Part shown: piece by piece, positions 25,758 to 38,382 of the stretch
How the letters are laid out: each line of letters begins with the position of its first letter
Position numbering within the stretch: position 1 is the first letter of the stretch
Source: Octopus vulgaris
Taxonomy: Eukaryota
Direction: 5' to 3'
DNA length: 64,000 nt
Assembly: GCA_951406725.2 (NCBI GenBank)
Contig: OX597816.1
Span: 74,772,001-74,836,000, forward strand
Notes under the pieces: model-generated
Databases searched by the model: none
The model's input: the letters and a program-made list of their open reading frames with translations, nothing else
What the model was told of the DNA's origin: nothing
Made by a program: the position numbers and the translations under genes

Positions 25758-26283
25758 CAACAGATTAAGAAGGGAAAATCAATCCATCCACACAGGAAGA
25801 ATAATTCCTTAACTTCTTACAACTTAGACTGAACGCATATTAAGCTATGTCCCCCAAAATCAGTACCAACTACCATCAAGAACTAAAATATAGCCGAAAC
25901 AGAAAAACTGATAATAATCGAAACTATACACGTAACACTATACATCTAACTTAATGATAACATACACCAATCACAAAAAGGTTACTCACTGATGATATGT
26001 AAATATTATAATCTAAATTCAAATTCTGAGGTAATATATAAACCCACTACATTGGGCCTACCTGTTATGAACAGGCAGCAACACACGCCAACATCACTTT
26101 ATCCAGAAGATGAGACTGAAAACGACAGGAGACGTTGATGATGAATTTAAGACTTTTGCTGTTCCAAATAAACTGCAAGGAACTCATGGAAAAATAAGAA
26201 AATATCTTGATAAAAAAGATTAGACAAGAGCGCAATTATTTGCAACACACTTGTATGTGTATGTATATCTATCTATCTATATA

Positions 26284-26329
<46 letters not shown>

Positions 26330-26330
<1 letters not shown>

Positions 26331-26924
26331 AGAAAAAAACCCATCTTTTATCAATTCAAAATGAACAATTAAATTACACCATCTAGAAAATTACATATAA
26401 TAGAAATATTAAAATTAAAATAACAATAAAATGTCAATGATTAAGTAAATTGCAAAAAATAATAATAATAATAACGTATATAATATATGACCGAAGAGGG
26501 TCTTTACCCTTCTTTATAAAAGAAAAACAAAAGAAAACAGACGCGAAAGGTGTATCAATTTTTAACTTATCAAAGTGCAACAATTTGCAAAATAAATAAA
26601 TTTCCTCACCTTTTATAATATTTTGTAATGAAGTCTTGCAGTAAGGCACTCTATATTTCTTTATGCCTTATTATATTATTGTTATAATATAATATTATTA
26701 TAATATTATTATTATTATATTGTTATTCTAATATTATTGTAATATTATTATTATAATATTGTTATTCTACCTATTATATACGTTTTTTAAAATTATTTTT
26801 TGCAATTTACTTAATCATTGACATTTTATTGTTATTTTTATTTTAATATTTCTATTATATGTAATTTTCTAGATGGTGTAATTTAATTGTTCATTTTGAA
26901 TTGATAAAAGGTAGGGTTTTTTCT
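26330..26924. repeat. Inverted repeat, ~155-bp arms (26330-26485 / 26772-26924)
   Basis: ttttatcaattcaaaatgaacaattaaattacaccatctag… versus its reverse complement; both outer ends abut (TA)n. Confidence 0.9.
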
Positions 26925-27717
26925 AATTTTATATATATTATATTGTGGGAAATTTGATTTAGTATTTCTAAATTGAATTTTTTTTTCCTTGTTAGTTTGG
27001 ATTTTATTCCCTCAATTAATAATTATTATAGAGAGAGAGAAAGAGAGACATAGAGAGAAAGGAGGAGAGATAGCTACATACATATATACACATATATGCA
27101 TATATATATATGCATATGTATTTATGTGTGGGAGGCGTAAGTACGTACATTTACTAAAAAAATAACAGAAACGGCCATGTACAAATCGGATCCCTTCATC
27201 AGTTGTCTGTTAGAAATCGTCCCGATTTCGACACCTAGGACAATATCGTTCATTCCATCAGTGCACACAACTTAGAATTGCAAGGTTACTGCCGAGTGCT
27301 ACGGAAAAGACTCAGAAAAATACAAAACGAAAGGAATTGAGAACGTACAAGGTCTTACGACCACAAACAATTATGATAAAATATGGTAGGAGAAAGACAA
27401 GGGAGCAAAACGAATAGAGAAATATATATAAGCGGTCGTAAGACTTGATAATTCTAAGACGAAAGAAATACGAAACGATGCGATAAAGAGATAAAAAGAA
27501 GTTTGTCTTTAGAAATAGGCGTTAATTAAGATAAAGGCATAGAGAAATATAGAATGCCTTAATGCAAGACTTCATTGCGAAATATTATAAAAGGTGAGGA
27601 AATTTATTTTATTTTGCAAATTGCTGCACTTTGATAAGTTAAAAATCGATACACCTTTCGCGTCTGTTTTCTTTTGTTTTTCTTTTAAAAAGAAGGGTAA
27701 AGGCCCTCTTCGGTCAT
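26487..27717. repeat. Inverted duplication, ~183-bp arms (26487-26669 / 27534-27717)
   Basis: ORF track shows the same peptide (FCKLLHFDKLKIDTPFASVFFCFSF) on opposite strands; arm includes the last ~25 bp of the SINE C at 27693. Confidence 0.9.
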
Positions 27718-28032
27718 GCATGACCATGGGATTGCACCTAGAAAGTTCCTCCCCGAGGCACAATTCCGGGAAAGGTTGTTAATGGATGACCAGCGGTTGC
27801 CCATGCAAACCGGTCTCCCCTCTCCACGCCACCGATGTTATCCAAGGGAAAGGCAAAAGGGGCCGATACAGCTTGGCACTAGTGACGTCGCAACACTTTT
27901 CTACAGCTGAGTGAACTGAAACAACGTGAAATAAAGTGTCTTGCTGAAGAACACAACACACAACCCGATCCGGGAATCGAACTCACACCCTCATAATTAT
28001 GAACCCGATTTTCTAACCACTGAACCATGCGC
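27693..28032 (-). mobile_element. SINE family C, full length
   Basis: Colinear with 24355-24690. Confidence 0.88.
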
Positions 28033-28330
28033 TTTCACATTGTCTTCTTTATATTCTTGTATAAACAAATTCCTTTGATTTTTCTTTGCTGTAGTGGAAA
28101 TAGCAAAGATTGTTGCTAGCAACATGTCACAATGGAATACAAACGTTTAATGTTTAGTTACGTAACAGTGCTACTATAGAGAACATTTAGAATACTGAAT
28201 TTCGTTTTCGGAATGGTTTTTCGTGATTCTGAATTTCATGTTAGCCACGTTGTTAAACATTGAATTCTCATAACAATCTAAAATAGTTACAAAGGTTTCT
28301 GTTATAATTGTTCTCTAACAACGGTCCCTC

Positions 28331-29215
28331 AATCAGTTTGTCCAACTGTTAGGAATAGGTACCAGATCAATATAGTTTAGCCTCAAAGAACAGTCTACCA
28401 ATTACTTCATCCAGGTGTCAGGAATAGAAGCCGCATCAATGTGGTTAGGCCTCGAATAATACTTTCTATCAATCAGAGTATCTAACGCCTAGAGATATGT
28501 ACAAGATCAATATAGTTCAGACTCATACAACACTCCACTAATCAGCTTCATCAAACTGTTAAGAATACGAGGGTATGCTGAAAGTTCCTGGCTTTTAATG
28601 GTGTCACGAAAGGCCTGGTTGGGGGCCCAAACTTCCGAGTGCTTTTACAGGACTTAGAAAAACTGAAGGACTGCTGCAATGAATGTGTGAATCTGAGATG
28701 GGAATATGTTGAATAAAATCGTAATTAACTGATCCTCCTGTAATTTTCTTTTAGCCAAAGCCAGAAACTTTTCAGTATCCCTTCGTAGGTACCTGATCGA
28801 TATAGTTCAGCCTTAAAGCACAAACGACTAATCATTTCACCCAGCTGTCATGAATCGGTGCCAGATTAATGTGTTCTGCCTCAGACTACACAGTTCACCA
28901 GTTAGTTCACCAGGCTGTCAAGAATAAATATACCATCAACGTGATTCAGTTTCAGACCATCTAGCTTTCAGAAATAGGTACCATATTAATGTAGTTCAGC
29001 GTGAAATTACAGCCAACAAATAGTTTTACCAAACTGCTAGAAGTGGGTAGCAGAGTGATGTAATTTAAACTCAGGCAACAATCTCCCAATGAGTTTTACT
29101 AGCTGTCAAGAAAAAGTGCCAGATCAACGTGATTTAACTTCATATCGCAGTTCACCAATCAGTTCACCAGGCTGTCAAGAATATATACCTGATCAATATG
29201 AATTAATCTCACACA
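28331..29215. repeat. Diverged minisatellite, ~10 units of ~69 bp, interrupted by a mariner MITE
   Basis: Consensus ~aatcagttcaccaggctgtcaagaataggtaccagatcaatgtagttcagcctcaaacaacagttcacc; unit 4 reads through when the MITE is removed (aagaata|ggtacc). Confidence 0.8.
28568..28785 (+). mobile_element. Mariner-derived MITE
   Basis: TA TSD; TIRs cgagggtatgctgaaagtt / aacttttcagtatcccttcg; GLRKTE/DCCNECVNLRWEYVE* transposase tail. Confidence 0.85.
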
Positions 29216-29908
29216 CTGTCGATCGTCTCATTTTGTCTCTTTATCATAGCCCCAGATTCTACTTCTGATTTGCACGCTGCATATGTTTGTTGCTTTGCAG
29301 CAGCTAATTTCATGCTGAACTTGTTAAACATGGGGAATGGCCTAAAGCTATCTGGTGAAGATCTTCGAATTCACCACAAACCATTTCTGACGATAAATTT
29401 GCAATTAATTTCGGGATGAAAAAAACTATAACATTTCAGTTTTCATCTGTCTTCTCGTTAGAGATTTTAACATATTAAACAATTTGTCTTATTTGTCTGC
29501 TATATAATGAATGCGCGATAGTAATTCAACGATAACCAAATATGGGCCATTTACTTGTGGCAACAGTATAATAAATAGTTTATTATAAACCGACCGATAG
29601 ACCGTACTGATATTCATCCGGAAGCAGGTGCATTTTGATTATTAACAGACGCAACATTAGACCAGAGTGGCGGCAAAAGTACATACATTAGCCATAACAG
29701 ATTTATGTAGAGAGTGTTTATAAGTGAGAAGGAGACAAATGAGACTGTGTGAAGTTTATTTGTGCTTTTGCGCTGAACATCACATGAAACTCACTTAATC
29801 TCTCTTCACATTTCTTCTCAGCAATAAATCTTAGCCCTTCACTTTATCTACAGAATCATTACTTACATAGGAACTGCTGAAGTGTGTGTGTGTGTGTGTG
29901 TGTGCGTA

Positions 29909-29942
<34 letters not shown>

Positions 29943-30393
29943 TGTATGTGTGTGTGTCTTTATGTCTGTGTCTAGTCCCTCCACCACCGCTTGACAACGT
30001 CCTCGTAACTTAGTGGTTCGGCAAAAGAGACCGATTGTATAAAGTATTAGACTTCAAAACAATAAGTACTGGGGTCGATTCATTCGACTAAAAATTCTTC
30101 AAAGCAGTGCCCCAGCATGGCCGCAGCCTAATGACTGAACCATGTAACAGATAAAAGATAACATTTCGTTGATTAATATCACTCAGCAATAGTCTCTTCG
30201 GGGAAGTCCAGTAAAAGCTGTGTTGAACAGAGATGCATAAACGACTGCATACTAAAGACTTAATGCCAAATCGTCTGAAGATTAAAACGTCTCTGACGAT
30301 TTGACATTAAATCTTGAATATTGTGCATTTTATTTTAGGCCATTTTTTATTTTAGAAATGCTACACACAAACACACACAAGCACACCATGAAC

Positions 30394-30428
30394 ACAGACA
30401 GACAGCAGACAAACAGATAGATAGATAA

Positions 30429-30493
<65 letters not shown>

Positions 30494-30645
30494 TAGATAG
30501 ATAGGTAGATAGATAGATAGGTAGGTAGGTAGGTAGGTAGGCAGGTAGGTAGGTAGGTAGGTAGGCAGGCAGACAGGCAGACAGGCATGCAGACAGACAG
30601 GCAGGCAGACAGACAGATAGACAGGTAGGTAGGTAGGTAGGTAGG

Positions 30646-30720
<75 letters not shown>

Positions 30721-30724
30721 TTAC

Positions 30725-30792
<68 letters not shown>
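30394..30792. repeat. Compound (GACA)/(GATA)/(GGTA)/(GGCA)n microsatellite
   Basis: Direct reading. Confidence 0.97.
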
Positions 30793-30793
<1 letters not shown>

Positions 30794-31404
30794 AGCAGAC
30801 GAGAGAAAAAGAAAAGAGAGACGGAGATGTGTGATTATATGTTGAAAGAAACTATACTTATATTTTTACGCTTTATTTGTACAGCTGAATCATAAGAAAC
30901 TAACTGAAACCGAATCACTTAAAAATAAATAAAACATCTTTATGAATGATATAATCTTTGATTGGGCTATGTCTGGACAAAAGGCGGCAAAATCCGATAT
31001 GGAACGTCTCTGAATGTAGATCTACTGGATCATGGCGTAAATGGGGCTGAACAAAACGAGCGATAGCTAGCTCAATGATCGATAAGCTAAGAATATCGAC
31101 CAAATCTCTCTCAGATCACACCGGAAAGACGCACTGGATGATGTTGGCTTTGAGACAGTTTAGTAAATAAGGGTTAACTAATATGACTAAACAACAGCAA
31201 AAAACCTGCAAATTATAGATACCATGCATACTTTTCTCACTATAAATAGAACATCACTGGTAGTACACCCTTTACAAGTGGTTTTCTTGCATAAAACTCC
31301 ACAGTAATTAATATTGTTTTAAGCTATTTACTGTAGAGAGAGGGGGAGAATCAAAATTCTAATTCTGAATGCAGGCCATGAATTGTGCTGGTTATTTTTT
31401 TTTT

Positions 31405-32206
31405 CTTTATTTGTTTTAGTCGCTTGACTGCGGCCATGCCGGGGCACCGCCTTTAGTCGAACAAATGGACCCCAGGGCTTATTCTTTTATAAGCCTGGTC
31501 TCTTTTGCCGAATCGCTTAGTTATGGGAATGCAAACACACCACCAGCGTCACTTGTCAAGCGATGGTGGCGGGAAAAACATAGATACACAAACATATATT
31601 CCTATATATGTATATATATATATATACCTATATATTCAAAATGTGACCGCGCGTGTACCGTTGGCGATTTTTTTTCCTCCGCCTTCCCTTCTCTGGATCT
31701 TTTCTTTTCCTATGTTTCTGACGAAGAGCTCTGCTCGAAACGTTAAACCCTCCTTCTTCCCTTCCTTCCTGAGCGTCCTAATACTATATTTGTTCCACGT
31801 CCTCGTGTTGTTGTGTTTTCTCTTTGTGTTTTCATGTTTGGATTAACTTTGTATATATATATATATATATATATAAATGGAGTTAACGCAGGTTTAAACA
31901 AGTATTTTTACTTTCGACACATGTTTCGAAAATTCCACTGATACTGTGAGATTTTTGCTGCCCTGGTAACTATTTATTTATTTTTCCGTGTTAATTGTTA
32001 ACAAGGTAAAAATACACTCATCTATTTATAATATATATATATATATATACGACGGGCTTAATTCAGTTCTCCGTCTACCAAATCCACTCAGAAGGTTTTG
32101 GTCGGTCCGAGGCTATAGTAGTAAACACTTTCCCAAGGGGCCACGCAGTGAGACTGAACTCGGAACCATGTGGTTGAGAAGCAAGCTTCTTACCACACAG
32201 CCACGT
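31405..32206 (-). mobile_element. SINE family B split at its internal (TA)n by inserted Penelope-like fragments
   Basis: 3' half 31405-31590 and 5' half 32050-32206 are colinear; 31640-32030 is foreign. Confidence 0.75.
31714..31748 (+). ncRNA. Ultra-minimal type I hammerhead-like motif in a Penelope-like fragment (31640-31850)
   Basis: gttt-CTGACGA-a-gagc(tct)gctc-GAAA-cg-TT-aaac: 4-bp stem I, 4-bp stem II, palindromic aacgtt in place of stem III. Confidence 0.5.
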
Positions 32207-32661
32207 CTAAAAGACAAAATTAGCTCAATCACTGACATCATTTATATTATTTTAATAGCTTTGTTAGTATGAAGAAAACTTGCAACAAGTTACATTATTT
32301 TTCGACTTCTTCAACAAAGCATAGACTTCATCGTATATTTGTCAAAATAGAGATTAGGGAATTACTAAATAAATGTAGAAAATTGAAGCCAATTTTTTTT
32401 TTAAATATATAAATCACTGAGGTTAATTACGAAAATAAAACGTCACTTAACATGAAAACCATTAATTTAATGTTAATATATTTTAAGTCAAAAATCTTGT
32501 AGGAAACACTTATATGGAGAAAACATTATTTCTGATGCCTAAACACGCCCTGCTGTTAATACATGAGATAACAGCAATTTATATACTTATACATACATAC
32601 ATACATACATACATACATACATACATACATACATACATACATACAGACATACATACATATG

Positions 32662-32696
<35 letters not shown>

Positions 32697-32736
32697 ACAC
32701 ACATATCTACTTACATATATACATAGATATATCTTT

Positions 32737-32798
<62 letters not shown>

Positions 32799-32815
32799 AT
32801 GTATACATACATGCG

Positions 32816-32893
<78 letters not shown>

Positions 32894-32896
32894 TAA

Positions 32897-32957
32897 TAAG
32901 GGCTTAGAAAGAAATTTTCTAGCCTGTAGGCTGAGAAAATTTCTTTCTAAGCCCTTA
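32897..32957. repeat. Near-perfect 61-bp hairpin beside (TA)n
   Basis: taagggcttagaaagaaattttct-agcctgtaggct-g-agaaaatttctttctaagccctta. Confidence 0.9.
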
Positions 32958-33048
32958 TAATTATACATATAATTTCACCTTAATCGGTTCCCTTTTATAT
33001 GCTGCCACTGATAAAACTTTTTAATACATATATAATATATATATATAT

Positions 33049-33959
<911 letters not shown>

Positions 33960-34111
33960 TTGTATACTGTCAACATAACGTGACAGTCCCGTAAGGGAAT
34001 TACACCACCGATTTTAGCCCTAGGAAGCATCGACGCTTCCTGTCGGCTTTGACACATTTTCTGTGTCCTTATACTTGCGAAGGGGAGGCAAGCACCCCCA
34101 CCAGCTAGGAT

Positions 34112-34170
34112 TCACTCCTGAGGACATGCATGTTTCTGGGTCTTAACCCGTCATCAGCCCAGGATAGTGA
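34112..34170 (-). ncRNA. Type I hammerhead ribozyme motif (minus-strand copy)
   Basis: tcac-ta-tcctggg CTGATGA c-gggt(taag)accc-a GAAA c-atgcat-g TC ctcagga-gtga; stem I 7+4 bp; C·A mismatch at the base of stem II. Confidence 0.7.
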
Positions 34171-34277
34171 GACCTGCTGGTTGAGATGTCTGTCTAGCCT
34201 TCGCTAGACTAGTGAATAGATTTCACTGTAATTATATATATTTGCGAAGGCTAGACAGACATCTCAACCAGCAGGTC

Positions 34278-34336
34278 TCACTATCCTGGGCTGATGACGG
34301 GTTAAGACCCAGAAACATGCATGTCCTCAGGTGTGA
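34278..34336 (+). ncRNA. Type I hammerhead ribozyme motif (plus-strand copy)
   Basis: CTGATGA 34291-34297, stem II gggt/accc, GAAA 34312-34315, palindromic stem III acatgcatgt, GUC triplet 34323-34325, stem I cctggg/ctcagg. Confidence 0.7.
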
Positions 34337-34529
34337 ATCCTAGCTGGTGAGGGTGCTTGCCTCCCCTTCGCAAGTATAAGGACACAGGAAATGTGTCAAA
34401 GCCGATAGGAAGCGTCGATGCTTCCTTGGGCTAAAATCGGTGGTGTAATTCCCTTACGGGACTGTCACGTTTTATGTTCTGAGTTCAAAATCCGCCGATG
34501 TATGTATCGGGCGGCTTTTAAGCTAGTAT

Positions 34530-35035
34530 ATATAGCTTTTAAGCAGCTGACCCCGAATGGGAAGATCTGCAAACAGATCTCTGACTCGTTTTGGAGAATT
34601 TGTTGCAATTGCTTCCTCCAGAGTCATATCCCAATGATTATCATATTCGTCGCAACAAATCATATAAAAAAATTCACCAAAAACAATCGCAATAATGAAA
34701 ACATAGAAATCCAAAATTTCAGGATTGCAGGTTCGGATTCGGCCCGGTATGTAGTTAATTTACTTATGGAGTTGGCCTAAAAATTGTTATCGTACAAAAA
34801 ATTTGTTGCAAAAAGTCACGTAAAAAAAATTGCCGAAAATAATCACAGTATTGAAAACTTCGGAGTCCAAAATTTCAGGATTGTTGGTCCGGATTCGGCC
34901 CAGAATGTTTTTAATTTACTCACGGAGTCAGCCTGATTCCAAAATGGTATGACATGTTGGGCTACGGCCTCTAGGAGTAAAGTTGAAATGTGTGACACAC
35001 TGATACACTGATATTCACATTTATTATATTATATT
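34530..35035. mobile_element. Probable Helitron-like non-autonomous element with internal ~70-bp direct repeat
   Basis: Repeat at 34708-34777 / 34865-34935; terminal gtgacacactg…cacatttattata motif recurs at 35455-35490 (ending tagat) and 36058-36100. Confidence 0.4.
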
Positions 35036-35037
35036 AA

Positions 35038-35439
35038 GGCGGCGAGCTGGCAGAAACGTTAGCGCGCCGGGCGAAATGCTCAGCGGTATTTCGTCTGCCG
35101 TTACGTTCTGAATTCAAATTCCGCCGAGGTCGACTTTGCCTTTCATCCTTTCGGGGTCGATTAAATAAGTACCAGTTACGCACTGGGATCGATATAATCG
35201 ACTTAATCCGTTTGTCTGTCTTTGTTTGTCCTCTCTGTGTTTAGCCCCTTGTGGGTAGTAAAGAAATAGGTATTTTGTCTGCCGTTAGGTTTTGAGTTCG
35301 TATTCCGCCGAGGTCGACTTTGCCTTTCATCTTTTTGGGGTTGATAAAATAAGTACCAGTTACGTACTGGAGTCGATGTAATTGACTTAAACCCCTTACC
35401 CAAAATTTGAGGCCTTGTGCTTCCAGTAGAAAGGAGTTA
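35038..35439 (+). mobile_element. SINE family A dimer, young
   Basis: ggcggcgagctggcagaaacgttagcgcgccgggcg head with CpGs intact; second unit restarts at gtattttgtctgccgtt. Confidence 0.92.
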
Positions 35440-35705
35440 TTAAAGTTGAAAAAGTGTGACACACTGCCATTCACATTTATTATACTAGATATGTTTAATT
35501 TAGAGGAAACTTTATTTCAATTAAAGCGTACGTAACTAGTACTTAATTAATCGATCCTGAAAGGATGAAACGCAAAGTCGACCTCGGCAGATTTTGAACT
35601 CAGAACGTAAAATAGACGAACAGGAAAAGTATATTGAATAAGAAAATGTTTGGGGTATTTTATAATGGAAAGAAGTAAAACACTAAGTTCTCAAGCCATC
35701 TTCTT

Positions 35706-35753
<48 letters not shown>

Positions 35754-35920
35754 CAATATAAATGTACCCGTATGAAATTGCTGAGCCTTTTCTATCACAT
35801 GCCCATTCTTTCTCTCTGTTTTGTCATTACTCCCACTGCCACCATCAACACTACTACTTTTAATAAAACATCATAAACTCTCCCTAAATTTCTTTGTCTC
35901 TCTTTCTCTTCCTCTCTTTT

Positions 35921-35957
<37 letters not shown>

Positions 35958-36566
35958 GTCTTCGCCACCGCCCTCACCGTCTCTACGCCTACTTTTACTT
36001 TCACCCTATCATGAGGAATAGTAGGAGTGTCATTGAATAGTGATAGAGGGGGTCTAAGTGTGACACACTGACACACAAATTAGTTTTCGCATTTACTATG
36101 ATGTATGTATGTATGTATACTAAAACACTTTCAAAACTTAGTCATAATATAAACAAACGTTCACCTAGCTCTACATCTATCACCGCATTTGAAGCTTATT
36201 TTATACTCAACTAGTTCAAGCCATATATTAAATCTAATGGGTACCACGGCTAACGAGTTAATAGCAAACTAATCGTGATTTTCACGACACATATCAAAAA
36301 CCCTCTTTCAACTCTTAAGTGGAAATGAATATTTTATATAAAATAACAAGATAATATAATGTTTTATCTCCCCAATGCAAACACCTTCAACGCAATCCTT
36401 CTCTACTTAGGGGAATCAACTATATATTATACATAGGTAGATGTTATCGCCATTATAAACGGCATCACTGTTACTCTTATTGCTCAATGATTTATGATTA
36501 ACAGCACGTACAGCTGCAAAAAAACATTAATCTCACTCTCTTCATTTCTCTCCTTATTCTTCGCTT

Positions 36567-36646
<80 letters not shown>

Positions 36647-36709
36647 AAGAAAACATTATCATCGTTGTTGTTGTTGTTGGTGGTGGTGGTGGTGGTGGTG
36701 GTGGTATTA

Positions 36710-36925
36710 AGGTAACGAGCTGGCAGAATCGTTAGCACTCCGGTCAAAATTCTTAGCGGCATTTCATCCGTCCTTTACATTCTGCGTTCAAATTCCGCCG
36801 AGGTCGACTTTGCTTTTCATCCTTTCGAGGTCGGTAAATTAAGTACCAGTCAAGGACTGGGGCTCGATATTATCGACTTACTCTTCCTCCAAAATTTCAG
36901 GCCGTGTGCCTTTAACAAAAAGAAT
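36710..36925 (+). mobile_element. SINE family A
   Basis: Full head, core and tail. Confidence 0.88.
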
Positions 36926-36930
36926 TATTA

Positions 36931-37296
36931 TTATTACCTCCTCCTTAGGGAAAACGGGGGTATTGTTTTTCAGTCGTATTTGTTTGTCCGTGGACAAGAT
37001 CTCACAAGAACCGCTGAATGGATTCGAATGAAACTTTCAGGGATGTTTGGCCTTGTGACTGGCACGAACTGATTAGATTTTGGGATTGATCCGGTGCCGG
37101 ACAAAGATTCTGAATTATTTTTCCTGTTTTTATACTTCGTTTTTGAGAGCAGTCGGGTTCATTTTTAGTATTCTCGTTTGTGAGAGCAGTCGAGTTTATT
37201 TCAGATATTCTCATTTTAAAAATCATCTCTGGCTAATCATTGAGAGGACGTTGGTGTTGCCTTGGTGGAGGTTTGCGCTCTCTGAGTGTTCTTGTT
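36931..37296 (+). mobile_element. Helentron-associated non-autonomous element (HINE/DINE-1 type)
   Basis: 5' acctcctcc..agg with nearby inverted copy and (tgtt/tgtc) microsatellite seed; 3' ccttggtggaggt + short hairpin gcgctc-tct-gagtgt + ttgtt; inserted in T-rich site. Confidence 0.75.
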
Positions 37297-37308
37297 ATTA
37301 TTATTATT

Positions 37309-37861
37309 GAGTGAGAGACCAGTGCATGCCATCAAAGTGAGACTGGGGTAAAATAGATGAAGCCCAGTATACCCATCATGACTACCCGTTTGATAAGGGT
37401 ACACCAGGCACAACCATATGTGCACGTCATGGTGATCTCATATTAAGATTATCAGCGTATGACCTTGCAGGTGCAGCCTAGTTAGGATTTTCTTCGGGTT
37501 GAGTAGCCCATTCCACTCAAAAGGTCTCTGAAGAAGGGTTGTTTAAGGGTGTTGAACGAACCACCCATGTTTCCTGAGGTGAATTATCCAAACCCCAAAG
37601 AATTCCTCTCAACACATGACTATGATGCTCCCCTCACTACTTCTGCTCGTGACCAGAGATGCACATATCATCAGCCACTAAGGGACATGCTCAACTGGTT
37701 ATGGCCAAACGACTGACAAACAATTCTGTGATATTGAGCTAATATTTGCTGTAGCTCATCTTTTATACCAAGACAAAACAATGTACATGATAACACTCCC
37801 AATTAGTTAAGATCAAAAGCCATGAGAGCCACTGTCTGGTACTGCATCAATAGCATAGGGC
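37309..37861. mobile_element. ~550-bp non-coding interspersed element bounded by (TTA)n on both sides
   Basis: Colinear with 51848-52394 (full) and 39953-40151 (partial); starts gagtgagaga, ends ggtactgcatc. Confidence 0.85.
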
Positions 37862-37879
37862 TATTATTATTATTATTAC

Positions 37880-38253
37880 TTCAATTTTGTTTCTATTTCT
37901 TGCTCGGTGTCTTTTCGACACCTAGGGCAAATAAATTCACTGTATACATTTGTTGGCCTTTGAAATAAACACATCCGTTTGTTCATTTACAAAGTCAAGA
38001 TGTGGTAGAGAAAAGGGGGAAAGTGCAAAAAAAAATCATTAAAAAAATAGAAAAAATGAAAATAAGCGAAAAAGAAAAAGAGCGACAATGCTCTTCTCAA
38101 TACGTGTGACGTATCAGTTAAAACAATCTTTTGTACTTCTTGTACTTCCTGGTCAGCCAGGAATCATTCTCAAATAATTTTTAGTTCCTTTTTTCATCAT
38201 TCCAAGTGCTCCTACAATCAATGGTGTTGTAACCGTTACGAGATTCCACATCT
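37880..38253 (-). mobile_element. R4/Dong-like LINE 3' end with (TAA)n tail
   Basis: Minus translation MWNLVTVTTPLIVGALGMMKKGTKNYLRMIPG…QEVQKIVLTDTSHVLRRALS; 3'UTR runs into taataataata. Confidence 0.8.
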
Positions 38254-38348
38254 CAAGAAAGTTAGATTAATTATTATTATTATTACTACTACTACTACTA
38301 CTACCACTACTATTATTATTATTATTATTATAATTATTATTATTATTA

Positions 38349-38382
<34 letters not shown>

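Larger units (their letters stand above)
33977..34471. mobile_element. 495-bp palindromic element (228-bp arms, 39-bp spacer) carrying a hammerhead motif in each arm
   Basis: Arms 33977-34204 and 34244-34471 differ at ~5 positions by eye. Confidence 0.92.

Noticed and set aside
25760-26160. Possible Penelope GIY-YIG tail and decayed hammerhead (ccagaagatgagactgaaaacgacagga)
   Set aside because: Too degenerate to support without a profile search.
27185-27270. CTGATGA motif on the minus strand (also at 54898-54907) as a hammerhead
   Set aside because: No stem II + GAAA downstream, and the upstream GAAA-stem cannot be closed by a stem I hairpin; probably retroelement ends but not a supportable ribozyme.
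28331-29215. CRISPR-like or leucine-rich-repeat coding array
   Set aside because: Units are similar along their whole length (no unique spacers), contain indels and stops, and no cas genes are present in this eukaryotic context.
30267-30303. CTGAAGA…AAAACGTC inside a caaatcgtc/gacgatttg hairpin
   Set aside because: No stem II and no GAAA; only a short hairpin.
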